DNA of 64,000 nucleotides from Pseudotamlana carrageenivorans (GTDB lineage: Bacteria > Bacteroidota > Bacteroidia > Flavobacteriales > Flavobacteriaceae): NCBI RefSeq assembly GCF_002893765.1, contig NZ_CP025938.1:1822673-1886672 (forward strand), written 5' to 3'. The stretch's first letter is position 1. Every line of letters begins with the position of its first letter. This document shows, in pieces, positions 29,555-39,539 of this stretch. The notes beneath the pieces were generated by a model, which saw nothing but the letters and a program-made list of their open reading frames with translations, ran no database searches and was not told the origin of the DNA. The position numbers and the translations under genes were made by a program.

Positions 29555-30388
29555 CTAAGCAGCTTTGTTAATAAATCCTTTTAATTGTAATTCTTTTTCA
29601 AGAGGCGTCATGTATCCTAAACTAGAATGTAATCTTTGAGTGTTATACCAGTTTAAATATTGATCAATAGATTTGTATAATTGATTATAAGACGTATACT
29701 TAAATCTGTTAATCCACTCATATTTAATGGTTTTAAAAAAACTTTCAGCTACAGCATTATCCCAGCAATTTCCCTTTCTACTCATGCTTTGTATCACTTT
29801 TTGATTAAAAAAGAACATATTTGTGATTCTGTTGGATGCATATTGCACACCCCTGTCGGAATGAAAAATACACTGCTGGTTTATCACTCTGTTTCTTCTA
29901 GCATCAACCCAGGCCTTTAAAACCGTATTCTCAGTAGTCATATCTTCACTTAAAGACCAGCCTATTATTTTTCTATCAGCCAAATCCATTATCGTGGTTA
30001 AATAGTTCCATTGTTGATTAACTCTTATATACGTAATGTCAGAGACTAATTTGTAGCCTAAAGAAAAACTGGTAAAATCCCTGTCTAATTCATTTTTAGC
30101 TGTTTTTAGAGAATGATTTGAATCCGTAGTTACCACAAATTTCTTATTCAATACACTTCTTAGTCCCATTTCTTTCATAAGTAACCCCACATATGAACGG
30201 GAATAAAAAAGCTTTTCTCGTTCAAGTTGTTTTTGAATTCGATAGCTACCATAAATCTGTTTACTATTGTCAAATATAGCTTCGATTCTGTCTTTTAAAA
30301 ATGATTTAGAGGAATTAACCTTTAAGGTGTCTTTGGTTTTAAGCCAATGGTAATAAGCATTTTTACTAACCTTCATGCATTTGCACAT
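29555..30388 (-). CDS. IS3-family transposase OrfB (integrase core)
   Basis: DDE integrase-core motifs: …LSDITYIRVNQQWNYLTTIMDLADRKIIGWS…HSDRGVQYAS…. Confidence 0.85.
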   Translation of the reverse strand: MCKCMKVSKNAYYHWLKTKDTLKVNSSKSFLKDRIEAIFDNSKQIYGSYRIQKQLEREKLFYSRSYVGLLMKEMGLRSVLNKKFVVTTDSNHSLKTAKNELDRDFTSFSLGYKLVSDITYIRVNQQWNYLTTIMDLADRKIIGWSLSEDMTTENTVLKAWVDARRNRVINQQCIFHSDRGVQYASNRITNMFFFNQKVIQSMSRKGNCWDNAVAESFFKTIKYEWINRFKYTSYNQLYKSIDQYLNWYNTQRLHSSLGYMTPLEKELQLKGFINKAA

Positions 30389-30438
30389 CTTTTCGACAGG
30401 ATAAGTATTTTTGTTTGATAAAATGAAGTTATACCTTA

Positions 30439-30717
30439 TCAGTCGCTCTTGGAAAAGATGCTCACCGCCTTTTTTAAGATGTCACGTTCCATTTTAACAT
30501 CTCTTAATTCCTTTTTTAATGCTATAAGTTCTTGATGTTCTTTGGATTTAGGTTCATTTTTAGAAAAATCTCCTCCTTTTAAATCATACTCTTGTTTCCA
30601 TCTATTAATAACACTTGTATGAACTCCATATTCTTCACTCAGTTGTTTTGTTGGTATACCAGATTTGGATAAATCTAATATCATCGATTTAAACTCATTG
30701 TCATATTTTTTTCCCAT
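30439..30717 (-). CDS. IS3-family transposase OrfA (HTH, leucine zipper)
   Basis: MGKKYDNEFKSMILDLSKSGIPTKQLSEEYGVHTSVINRWKQEY…. Confidence 0.8.
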   Translation of the reverse strand: MGKKYDNEFKSMILDLSKSGIPTKQLSEEYGVHTSVINRWKQEYDLKGGDFSKNEPKSKEHQELIALKKELRDVKMERDILKKAVSIFSKSD

Positions 30718-31001
30718 AATTCAAATATAGTTTATACTCTATATAAAACCGTCACAACAAAGGTAGACACTTCACTGTTGTGCTTTTTGGCTGTCCGATG
30801 AACATCTTTGGGCAAAATGAAATTTAATACCTGTTTGATTATGGGTTGTCCGCTAAAGTTTTTACTTTTATTCATATCTTGGATGTGTGATAACTTCAAG
30901 ATACAAAATAAGCGGGAAATCCTATCTTGGAAATCCCGCTTTTAAAATCTTTTATCGGACACTAATGATTCCTAATCATCGTTTATTTCGCGATAATCGC
31001 G

Positions 31002-32999
31002 ATGTTTTACAAAAAAATACCGCAAGGACAAGCGCTCATTAGAACAGGGTTTGGTGGAACAAAAGTAGCGACCGACAAAGGTTTGTATACCGTTCCTGTT
31101 TTTCATAAAACAGAAATTATGGATATTTCGGTTAAGAAAATCCAAATTGAAAGACTGGCTCATGAAGGTCTTATTTGTAAAGACAACATGCGTGCAGATA
31201 TCAAAGTGGCCTTTTTTGTTCGTGTTAATAATGATATTGAATACATCAAAAAAGTAGCGCAAACTATAGGGGTGGATCGTGCTTCAAAAATAGCAACATT
31301 AGAAGATCTTTTTGAGGCTAAGTTTTCTGAAGCCTTAAAAACGGTAGGTAAGAAATTCGACTTTATCGAGCTCTATGAAGCTCGAAGAGAGTTTCGTGAT
31401 GAAATTGTAAATATTATCGGAACCGATCTTAACGGTTATACTTTAGAAGACTGTGCCATCGACTTTTTAGAGCAAACTTCTGTAAAAGAATTAAAGGCTG
31501 ATAATATTTTAGATGCTGAAGGTATTAAGAAAATCACCGAGCTTACTGCAGTTCAAAACATGAAAGCGAACCTGATTAAACGCGATGAAGAAAAAACAAT
31601 CAGAAAGCAGGATGTTGAAGCTAGAGAAGCCATTTTAGAGCTAGATAAACAATTAGCTGAAAAAGAAGAGAAGCAAAAACGTGAGATTGCAAATATTAAA
31701 GCTAGAGAAGATGCTGAAACGTTAAAAGTTAATGAAGAAGAACGTTTAAAATCTGAAAGTGCTCGAATTGCTACTGAAGAAAAGGTTAAAGTTGCTGAAG
31801 AAAATATGCAACGTCAAGTCATTGTAGCGCTTAAAAATAAAGAGCGTACTGAAGCTGTAGAAACCGAAAGAGTTGAAAAAGACAGGTTATTAGAGGCCAC
31901 AGAACGTGAGCGTGTTGTCACCCTGGCGCAAATTGAAAAAGAGAAAGTAGTTGAAGTTGAGAAAAAGAATATTCAAGATGTTATTAGAGATCGTGTGATG
32001 CTTGAAAAAGGTGTTGTTGAAGAGCAAGAAAACATGAAAGATATTCAAGCGTTTAAAACAGCAGATAGAGATAAGCAAGTTAAAATTACAACTGCTGAAG
32101 GACTTGCTCAAGAAGATTTAATTAGAACAACCATAGCAGCCGAAGCTCAAAAAGAAGCGGCTAAACAAAAGGCTGAAGAGATTAATATTGAGGCACTGGC
32201 GCATAAAGAAGCTAGCCAGAAACAAGCTGAAGCGCGTAAAATATTAGCCGAAGCTCAAGCTAAGGAGGAAGCTACTGTTGGAATGTCTGAAGCTCAGGTG
32301 ATGCATGCAAAAGCAGATGCTAATGAGCGTCAAGGCTTAGTTGAAGCAACCATTATTGAGAAAAAAGCGAAAGCCGAAGCTGCTGGTATTGAAGCCAAAG
32401 CTGAAGCAAAACGTAAAGAAGGTATTGCGGAAGCCGATGTGATTAAAGAAAAAGCCATTGCCGATGCTTCTGGAATTGAAGAAAAAGCAGCAGCAATGAA
32501 AAAACTTGATGGTGTAGGTAAAGATCACGAAGAGTTTAAATTACGTCTTAATAAAGACCTTCAAATTGATTTAGCTAATATTAATATTCAAAAGGAGATT
32601 GCCGATGCACAAGCTCAAGTGATAGGGGATGCCTTAAAAGCTGCTAAAATTGATATTGTTGGTGGTGAAACCATGTTCTTCGATCAAATTGTTGGACAGA
32701 TTACCAGAGGAAAAGGATTTGATCGCTTAGTTCAAAACTCTAATAACATTCAAGAGGTTAAAACGGCTATTCTAGGGAGTGATGACGTAAAGGGAAATCT
32801 CTTAGAAAAAGTGAAGGATTTTGCTTTGAAATATAATGTTTCCACCGAAGATCTTAAGAATATTAGCGTAGCTAGTTTAATTGCAGATTTGAAAATGAAA
32901 TCTAACGACCAGGAGGAGCATACCATGCTTGGAAACCTCTTAAACCTGGCTAAAGGTTTGGGGATTTCTGATAGTACCATTCCAAAGTTGATAAAATAA
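31002..32999 (+). CDS. Flotillin-family (SPFH/Band-7) protein; the 5' end is clipped by the IS4 element and the N-terminal membrane-anchor codons have no start
   Basis: SPFH core followed by about 250 aa of E/A/K-rich flotillin repeats. The in-frame upstream codons FLIIVYFAIIA (30969-31001) are preceded immediately by a stop and the IS4 inverted repeat. Confidence 0.8.
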   Translation: MFYKKIPQGQALIRTGFGGTKVATDKGLYTVPVFHKTEIMDISVKKIQIERLAHEGLICKDNMRADIKVAFFVRVNNDIEYIKKVAQTIGVDRASKIATLEDLFEAKFSEALKTVGKKFDFIELYEARREFRDEIVNIIGTDLNGYTLEDCAIDFLEQTSVKELKADNILDAEGIKKITELTAVQNMKANLIKRDEEKTIRKQDVEAREAILELDKQLAEKEEKQKREIANIKAREDAETLKVNEEERLKSESARIATEEKVKVAEENMQRQVIVALKNKERTEAVETERVEKDRLLEATERERVVTLAQIEKEKVVEVEKKNIQDVIRDRVMLEKGVVEEQENMKDIQAFKTADRDKQVKITTAEGLAQEDLIRTTIAAEAQKEAAKQKAEEINIEALAHKEASQKQAEARKILAEAQAKEEATVGMSEAQVMHAKADANERQGLVEATIIEKKAKAEAAGIEAKAEAKRKEGIAEADVIKEKAIADASGIEEKAAAMKKLDGVGKDHEEFKLRLNKDLQIDLANINIQKEIADAQAQVIGDALKAAKIDIVGGETMFFDQIVGQITRGKGFDRLVQNSNNIQEVKTAILGSDDVKGNLLEKVKDFALKYNVSTEDLKNISVASLIADLKMKSNDQEEHTMLGNLLNLAKGLGISDSTIPKLIK

Positions 33000-33191
33000 A
33001 AGTAGAGGCTTTCTGAAAAGTCGATAATATTTGAATTGTCAGGTGAGCTTGTCGAAACCGATATTGATTGTTAATCAGTAAAACTATTTCGATAGGCTCC
33101 ATATGACAGCTAAATACTTTTCAGCTTGCCTCCATTTTTAAAATTTAAAACGCTCAAACTAATTATAATTTAAAGTTCAGGACAGGATACA

Positions 33192-33462
33192 ATGACAAAG
33201 GACCCTATAAAGGAAGCGCACGCTCAAAAACTTGATGTTGGAACTTACGAGGTTATTCAAAATCGACTTCAAAAGCAAAAAACAGAATTACAGCAACGTC
33301 TTAAAAAACTTAACGAAGGTAGAAAGGTTGTTTTTGGATCTCTAGAAACAAAACTAATCACCAACGATCGTATTAATACAGAAAATAACTGTATTGCTAG
33401 AGATATTGTGTCTCTTGGAAACACTTGTTTGTTTGGTTATAATGTGCACTTTGGCTTACGAA
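33192..33462 (+). pseudogene. First 90 codons of the giant AAA+ ATPase gene, separated from the rest by IS256 copy 2
   Basis: …NVHFGLR stops at the IS boundary. Removing the IS and one copy of the target-site duplication restores HFGLR-TDIALNDVLSIYQFKENSFE in frame with 34845..39431. Confidence 0.6.
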
Positions 33463-34816
33463 GAGTTTATCCAAAATTTTGTGTTTTTGAAAAATAATTT
33501 CAAAATTCATAGGTTAAAATAATATAGATTATAACCTGTTTGGAAAACAAATATACAATTGATTGTAAATTTGGCCCCATTTAAATCGTGTTTTCTTCCA
33601 TTTTTTGCTGATGCTTTGAGCTGCTAAATATATGGATTTCAGTGCTGCATCATCATGAGGGAAGACTTTTTTGTTGCGTGTATATTTTCTTAAACTGGCA
33701 TTAAAACTCTCAATGATATTGGTAGTATATATAAGTTTTCTAATCTCTTTTGGGTAGTTTAAAAACGCGGTCAAATTATCCCAATTGTTTTCCCAAGACT
33801 GTACGGCAGAGAGGTATTTATCTTCCCAATTTTGTTTAAAGACTTCGAAAGCCTCTAAAGCGAATTTCTCATTATCGGCTTGATAAATAGCTTTAATATC
33901 GACCATTATTGATTTACGGTCCTTATAGCTCACATATTTTAAAGAGTTTCTAATTTGATGTACGATACATATTTGACGTATACTACCTGGAAAAATAGCT
34001 TCTACAGCTTTATCTAATCCAGAGAGGTTATCCGAACACAGAAAGAAGATATCTTTTACGCCTCTAGAGCGCAGATCGTCTAAAATGGACATCCAAGCAG
34101 CTGCCTTTTCTGTCTCCACAATACTCATGCTCAAAATATCTTGTTGCCCTTCGGTATTCACCCCTAAAACTATCATACAGGCTTTAGATATTACCTTGCC
34201 TTCTTGACGTATTTTATAATGAATAGCATCTATCCAGACAATGGGATATACGTCTTCTAAAGGTCTATTCTGCCATTGTTTGATGTCTTCCAATAATTGA
34301 TTGGTGATAATGGATACCTGTGATGTGGAATACTGCACTCCATAGGTACTTTCAATAAAATCAATAATATCGCTATTGCTCATACCTTTGGCGTAAAGCA
34401 GTTGAATACAATCTTCTAATTCTTGACTAATCGATTGATGTTTGGGGACAATAACAGGCTCAAAGCTCGCTTGACGATCTCTGGGGATTTTGATGCGTTG
34501 TTCGCCGTTATGAGTCTTGATAGTTTTCTCTGAGAAACCATTGCGCTGGTTGTTCTCAATTACAGAACCTCCTTTTTGAAACCCTAAGTGGGCAGTCATT
34601 TCTGCTTTTAAAAGTGATTCAATACCACGTTTAAGCAACTGTTCCTTGACCTGGTCAAAGTCCTCCTTGTTGCTGATTTTGCCGATCAAGGCGTCTAATT
34701 GTTTTTCTAAGTCTGAGTTCATAAAATAAAAATTTAAAAGTAAATTTTTTGCCTATGAATTTCAAAATCATTTTTAAACTAACTAACAGCAAAAACACAA
34801 AATAGTTTACAGTCCC
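33463..34816 (-). mobile_element. IS256-family element copy 2 (1354 bp, identical to copy 1); 8-bp target-site duplication CTTACGAA (33455-33462 and 34817-34824)
   Basis: Identical sequence and encoded transposase to 12352..13705; perfect flanking direct repeats. Confidence 0.85.
33529..34722 (-). CDS. IS256-family transposase (identical to 12418..13611)
   Basis: Identical 397-aa product. Confidence 0.9.
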   Translation of the reverse strand: MNSDLEKQLDALIGKISNKEDFDQVKEQLLKRGIESLLKAEMTAHLGFQKGGSVIENNQRNGFSEKTIKTHNGEQRIKIPRDRQASFEPVIVPKHQSISQELEDCIQLLYAKGMSNSDIIDFIESTYGVQYSTSQVSIITNQLLEDIKQWQNRPLEDVYPIVWIDAIHYKIRQEGKVISKACMIVLGVNTEGQQDILSMSIVETEKAAAWMSILDDLRSRGVKDIFFLCSDNLSGLDKAVEAIFPGSIRQICIVHQIRNSLKYVSYKDRKSIMVDIKAIYQADNEKFALEAFEVFKQNWEDKYLSAVQSWENNWDNLTAFLNYPKEIRKLIYTTNIIESFNASLRKYTRNKKVFPHDDAALKSIYLAAQSISKKWKKTRFKWGQIYNQLYICFPNRL

Positions 34817-34824
34817 CTTACGAA

Positions 34825-37800
34825 CAGATATTGCTTTAAATGATGTGTTGAGCATTTATCAATTTAAAGAAAATAGTTTCGAAGCTGTTTCTTTAGAGCT
34901 TCTTGAAGATGAGGTTTTTAAATTAGATTTCGAAAATCTCTTTAAATACTACCGCAATACTATTTTTTCAAAGTTCGCCATCATAGGGAATTACCTCTTT
35001 ATGGTTTTTCAGTTAAGTGATAGCGTTACAGATATTAAAACCTTTAAATGGTTAATAAAAGATGGCAGCCTTCAGTATATCGATAATCGAAGTGAACATG
35101 AGTATAAATTGCCATCTCAGCATGAGTTTAATTGGCAGGACGTTTCGCGAGATATGCATAGGCACGGTGTGCATGCCCATGTTTCAATCTTAGACCGAGT
35201 ATTTGTAGAAACTATTGGAGGCGATTTAACTATTAAAGTTGAAGATAATACCGAAGATGGTAAAGGGATTTATTCTGAAGAAGTAAAATATAGAGACCAA
35301 ACCTTAGATGATGCGCAGTATCGCTATGCAAATTTAGGCAACCTCATTGTTTTAGATGTAAAGCCATTTCAAGAAAGTTCGAGGTATTTTGTTTATAACC
35401 ATAAACTGAAAGAAGTTCAGAAAATTGAAAGTATCAAGGATGCTTGTGTTTTACTTCCAGACGATCATGGCATCATTTTCCCTACGGGATATTACCTTCA
35501 AACGGGCGAGTACCATATTTTCGATAACAGTATTTCCCATGTGAAATTTCAAGAAAAGGTAGCATCCCCAAATGGTGAAGATTATCTCTATGTGTTTTAT
35601 TCTGCAGAAAACGGACTCTATAATTTAATGAGTTACAACGTGATTTCGCAAGAGATTAAAACACCCATAATTTGTAATGGATTTACCATTTTAGAAGATG
35701 GCGAGTTATGTTATTTCAGAAATGAAAATGAACAAACTAAACATCATGTTATTCAAATTTGGCAAACGCCTTACATGAAAAGCGATTTTATGCCCTCTGC
35801 GCATGAAGATAACTTGCTTTATAAAATTGGGAATAAAGATATTGTAAAGGCGATGGCCGAAGTAAATGGTCTTGTAAATCTTCTAAATAAAGCAGACGAT
35901 TACGAGGGCTTGTATATTGATTTGGCTAAACAATCAAAGGATATTCTCGATGCTTACTATTGGTTAAAAGAAGCAGAAACCCAGCAATTAAACGAGCCCT
36001 TAAAAGAAATTAATCAAGCTGCAAATGCCGCTATTGATGAGTTTCAAAAAGTCTTGCAGTTAAAGAAAAATGCCGAACAACAAACTGCAGCGCTTGGTGA
36101 AAAGGCCGAGCTTTTATTTAATAAAATTAAAAGTACGGGGTTTAGAAGTGTAAATGACTTTGTTAGTTTCCTTACGCAGTTAAGGGGTTTAAGAGGGGAA
36201 TCTATAAGTTTAAAGGAGGTGCGTTATGTTGATGAAAATTATATAGATGCACTAGAAACGCAAATAGCCGAGCAAACCTCACGAATTTCAGAGCGTTGCG
36301 CTACCTTCCTTTTAGATGATAAAGCTTTAAAACCTTATGAAGATGAGGTTAAACTGAATGAAAAAGCTTTAGCCTCCATTAAAAAGGTGGTAGATGCTAA
36401 AAATTTAGAGGAGAAGGTAAATGTAATTTCTAAAGACCTCGAACTGCTTATCGACATTGTGTCGAATTTAGAAATTGAAGACACCTCACATTCTACCGGC
36501 ATTATTAATAACATCTCATTAATATTTTCAACCATAAATCAGTTAAAAGCTGAAATTAAAAATAAGAGGAAATCTCTCGGGAGTGAAGAAGCTCAAGCCA
36601 GTTTTGCTGCGCAGCTAAAGCTTATTGATCAGAGTATTATCAATTACCTTGATATTGTCGATGTGCCTGAGAAATGTGATGATTTTCAAACAAGAATTAC
36701 TATTCAGTTGGAGGGGTTGGAAGGCAAGTACGCCGATTTCGACACCTTTATTAACCTGATTATCGAGAAAAGAGAAGAGGTTTATAATGCCTTTCAGGCC
36801 CGTAAAAATAGTCTGGTTGAAAAGCGTAATAAACGGACTTTTGTTTTGCAAACTTCAGCAGAGCGTATTTTAAAAGGGATTCGTAAAAAGGCCGAATCGT
36901 TTTCGGAAGTTGCAGATATTAATGGCTATTTCGCTTCCGATATTTTGGTGAATAAAACCAGAGATATCGCCCAGCAGCTTCAAGACATGGATGATAGCGG
37001 TAAAGCAGAGGAAATTTTGTCTTTATTAAAATCTGCTCGTGAAGATGCTCTGCGAAAACTTAAAGATAAAAAGGAACTGTATGAAGATGGCGATAATGTT
37101 ATACGTTTAGGGAAGCATAAGTTTGGTGTTAATAATCAGGAATTAGATTTAACCATACTTTTTGCCGATGGCGGATTGAAGTACCACTTAACAGGAACCG
37201 ATTTTTATCAAAAAATAGAAAATGAAACCCTTTTAAAGTCCGAAGAATTCTGGGATCAAGATTATATTTCTGAAAATAAATACATCTATCGAGGGGCTTA
37301 TTTGGCGTATAAAGTTTTTCAAAATAATAATGCCTTAGTTATAGAAAGAACCGAAGAAAATCTTTTAAACATCGTTCAAGAAGTAAGTAGTAAAGATTAC
37401 TCGGAAGGTTATGTGAAAGGTGTTCATGATTTAGATGCGGTAAAGATTTTGTCTACACTAGTTCAAAAACATAAAGCATTGGGTCTTTTAAGATTTCATC
37501 CCGAAATTAGATCTTGTGCACAATATTTTTGGTATTTCACAGATAAGGAAAACCAGAAATACCTTGATGAAACTATAAAAGCTTCAGGAGAAGTGATTCA
37601 GTTTTTTCCAGCAACCCAAGAGTACGAATTCATATTAAAAAAGCTTCAAAAGAGTATCTTTAATATGGGAGAGACTTTGGGTATTTACGATGCGTCACTT
37701 TCCGCGGAAGCGGCAAAATACCTTTTTGAGGAACTTCAAAACGGCCATAGTTTTCAAAAGAGTGGTATTGCCATTCAAATAAAGGAAGCCTTTCTTAATA

Positions 37801-39431
37801 AATTAAAAGAAGAAAAGGCCGATCTTAAATTTAGAACAAGCATAGACAAATTGGAGTCTAACGAAGCAAAAGTGGCTTTAATTAGGCAGTGGGTTAAAGC
37901 CTTTTTAAGCAGTCAGCAAGATGAAGCGATTGGTTTGAAGCTAAAATATGTTAACGAAGTAGTTTGCCTCATTCTGTTTGAAGATGAAGCTGTCTTGAAT
38001 GCAAAATTTGTATCTCCTTCGGAAACCATTGAAGGTTTAGCAGGCGAACATGAGACTATTCAAAATGGGGTTTTTCAGTTTAATTATCACGATTTTATAG
38101 CTGCGCACTCCAATTATTTTGAAGAAAAAGTTCCTGCTTACAATGCTTTTAGAAAGGCCAAGCATGAAGTGACCGTGCAGTTGAAAGAAGATTTAAAATT
38201 GGAAGAATTTAAACCGGGTATTCTGAGTTCCTTTGTAAGGAATAAGTTGATAGATCAGGTTTATTTTCCGCTTTTTGGTGATAATTTGACGAAACAGTTG
38301 GGGGCTTTAGGTGACCAGAAAAGAACAGACAGAATGGGTTTATTACTGCTTATTTCTCCGCCCGGGTATGGTAAAACAACCCTTATGGAGTATATAGCAA
38401 ATAGGCTTGGTCTTGTTTTTATGAAGATTAACGGTCCTGCTATAGGGCACGAGGTGACATCGGTTGACCCGTCGGCGGCCACGAATTCTGCAACTCGTGA
38501 AGAGCTAAAGAAATTAAACTTAGCCTTTGAAATGGGGAATAATGTGATGTTGTATCTTGATGATATTCAGCATTGTAATCCTGAGTTTTTACAGAAATTT
38601 ATATCCTTATCTGATGGGACTCGAAAAATAGAAGGGGTTTACAACGGGAAATCCAGAACCTATGATCTTCGAGGAAAAAAATTCTGTGTCATCATGGCAG
38701 GGAACCCTTATACAGAAAGTGGTGAAAAATTTAGAATCCCTGATATGTTAGCGAATAGAGCCGATATTTATAACCTCGGGGATATTATTGGTGATACGGC
38801 GCATTTATTTAAGTTGAGTCTTATTGAAAACTCATTGACTTCTAATCCTATAATGCATCAATTAAGTAGCAAGAATTTTGATGATGTGTATCAATTACTT
38901 GATCGTATAGAGAACGGTAATCAAGAAGCGCAATTAACAGGTAATTATACCAATCAGGAGGTTCAGGAATATGTTTCTGTTTTAGAAAAAATCATTCAAA
39001 TTAGAGACACGGTTCTACAGGTTAATGCGAATTACATTAAAAGTGCTGCCATGGAGGATGAATATAGAACAGAGCCTTCATTTAAACTTCAAGGTTCGTA
39101 TCGTGATATGAATAAAATGGTTTCTAAAGTGTCGCCTGTTATGAATAATGAGGAATTAAAAACCCTAGTGCTAACACATTATGAAAGCGAATCTCAAACG
39201 CTTACTTCTTCCGCGGAAGCGAATTTATTAAAGTTCAAGGAGCTCGTAGCACAGTTAACAGATGTAGAACAAAAACGTTGGGCTGCTATAAAAGAAACGT
39301 TTCAAAAAAATAATAAGCTTAAAGGTTTTGGTGATAAAAACGACATGGCGCAGCTGCTTTCACAAATGATGCAATTTTCAGAAAACCTGGAAGGGATAAA
39401 GGAGGTACTTCAAAGCGGATTGCAAAAATAG
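34825..39431 (+). pseudogene. Giant coiled-coil protein with a C-terminal AAA+ ATPase domain, about 1620 aa when joined to 33192..33462; IS256-interrupted
   Basis: Walker A LLLISPPGYGKTTLMEY (~38340-38390), Walker B VMLYLDDIQHCNPE and sensor MAGNPYTESGE. The upstream ~1100 aa are rich in heptad-like K/E/L segments. Confidence 0.65.
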
Positions 39432-39437
39432 GACGTA

Positions 39438-39452
39438 TCTCCCCGCCCGCAC
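39438..39452 (+). repeat. 15-bp direct repeat of the tRNA-Leu 3' end (tctccccgcccgcac), followed by a near-copy of the tRNA-Leu terminator (39462-39496); att-like island boundary
   Basis: Exact match to 28260-28274. The downstream aaaagccgacTAttttGTAgtTggctttttt matches 28286-28316 with 4 mismatches. Confidence 0.6.
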
Positions 39453-39539
39453 TAATAAAAGAAAAGCCGACTATTTTGTAGTTGGCTTTTTTGTTTGTTT
39501 ATTCTGCCTCGTTTTTACTCGCAGTTCAGGTAATACTCA

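Larger units (their letters stand above)
29522..30774 (-). mobile_element. IS3-family element (orfA/orfB, 1253 bp) with the 4-bp target-site duplication CTGT
   Basis: Termini TGGACTACC…CACTTCA (5'-TG…CA-3'); direct repeat ctgt at 29518-29521 and 30775-30778. Confidence 0.65.
28327..30965 (-). mobile_element. IS4-family-like element carrying a nested IS3-family element
   Basis: Terminal inverted repeats ttgttgtccgataaaa (28327-28342) and ttttatcggacac (30950-30962). The transposase reconstructs as MNKSKNFSGQPIIKQVLNFILPKDVHRTAKKHNS | IS3 | NSDRYTKKFTTYEHLATMVF…. Confidence 0.55.

Noticed and set aside
31890-32528. Short antisense ORFs within the flotillin repeat region (also 2701..2964, 43394..44040, 48513..49065 and 50671..51548 inside other large genes)
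   Set aside because: They are low-complexity shadow frames of well-supported sense-strand genes.
33192-33497. Treating the 101-aa ORF as a standalone small gene
   Set aside because: Its last 11 residues are read from the IS256 inverted repeat. Its first 90 codons join in frame to the 1528-aa ORF once the IS is excised.
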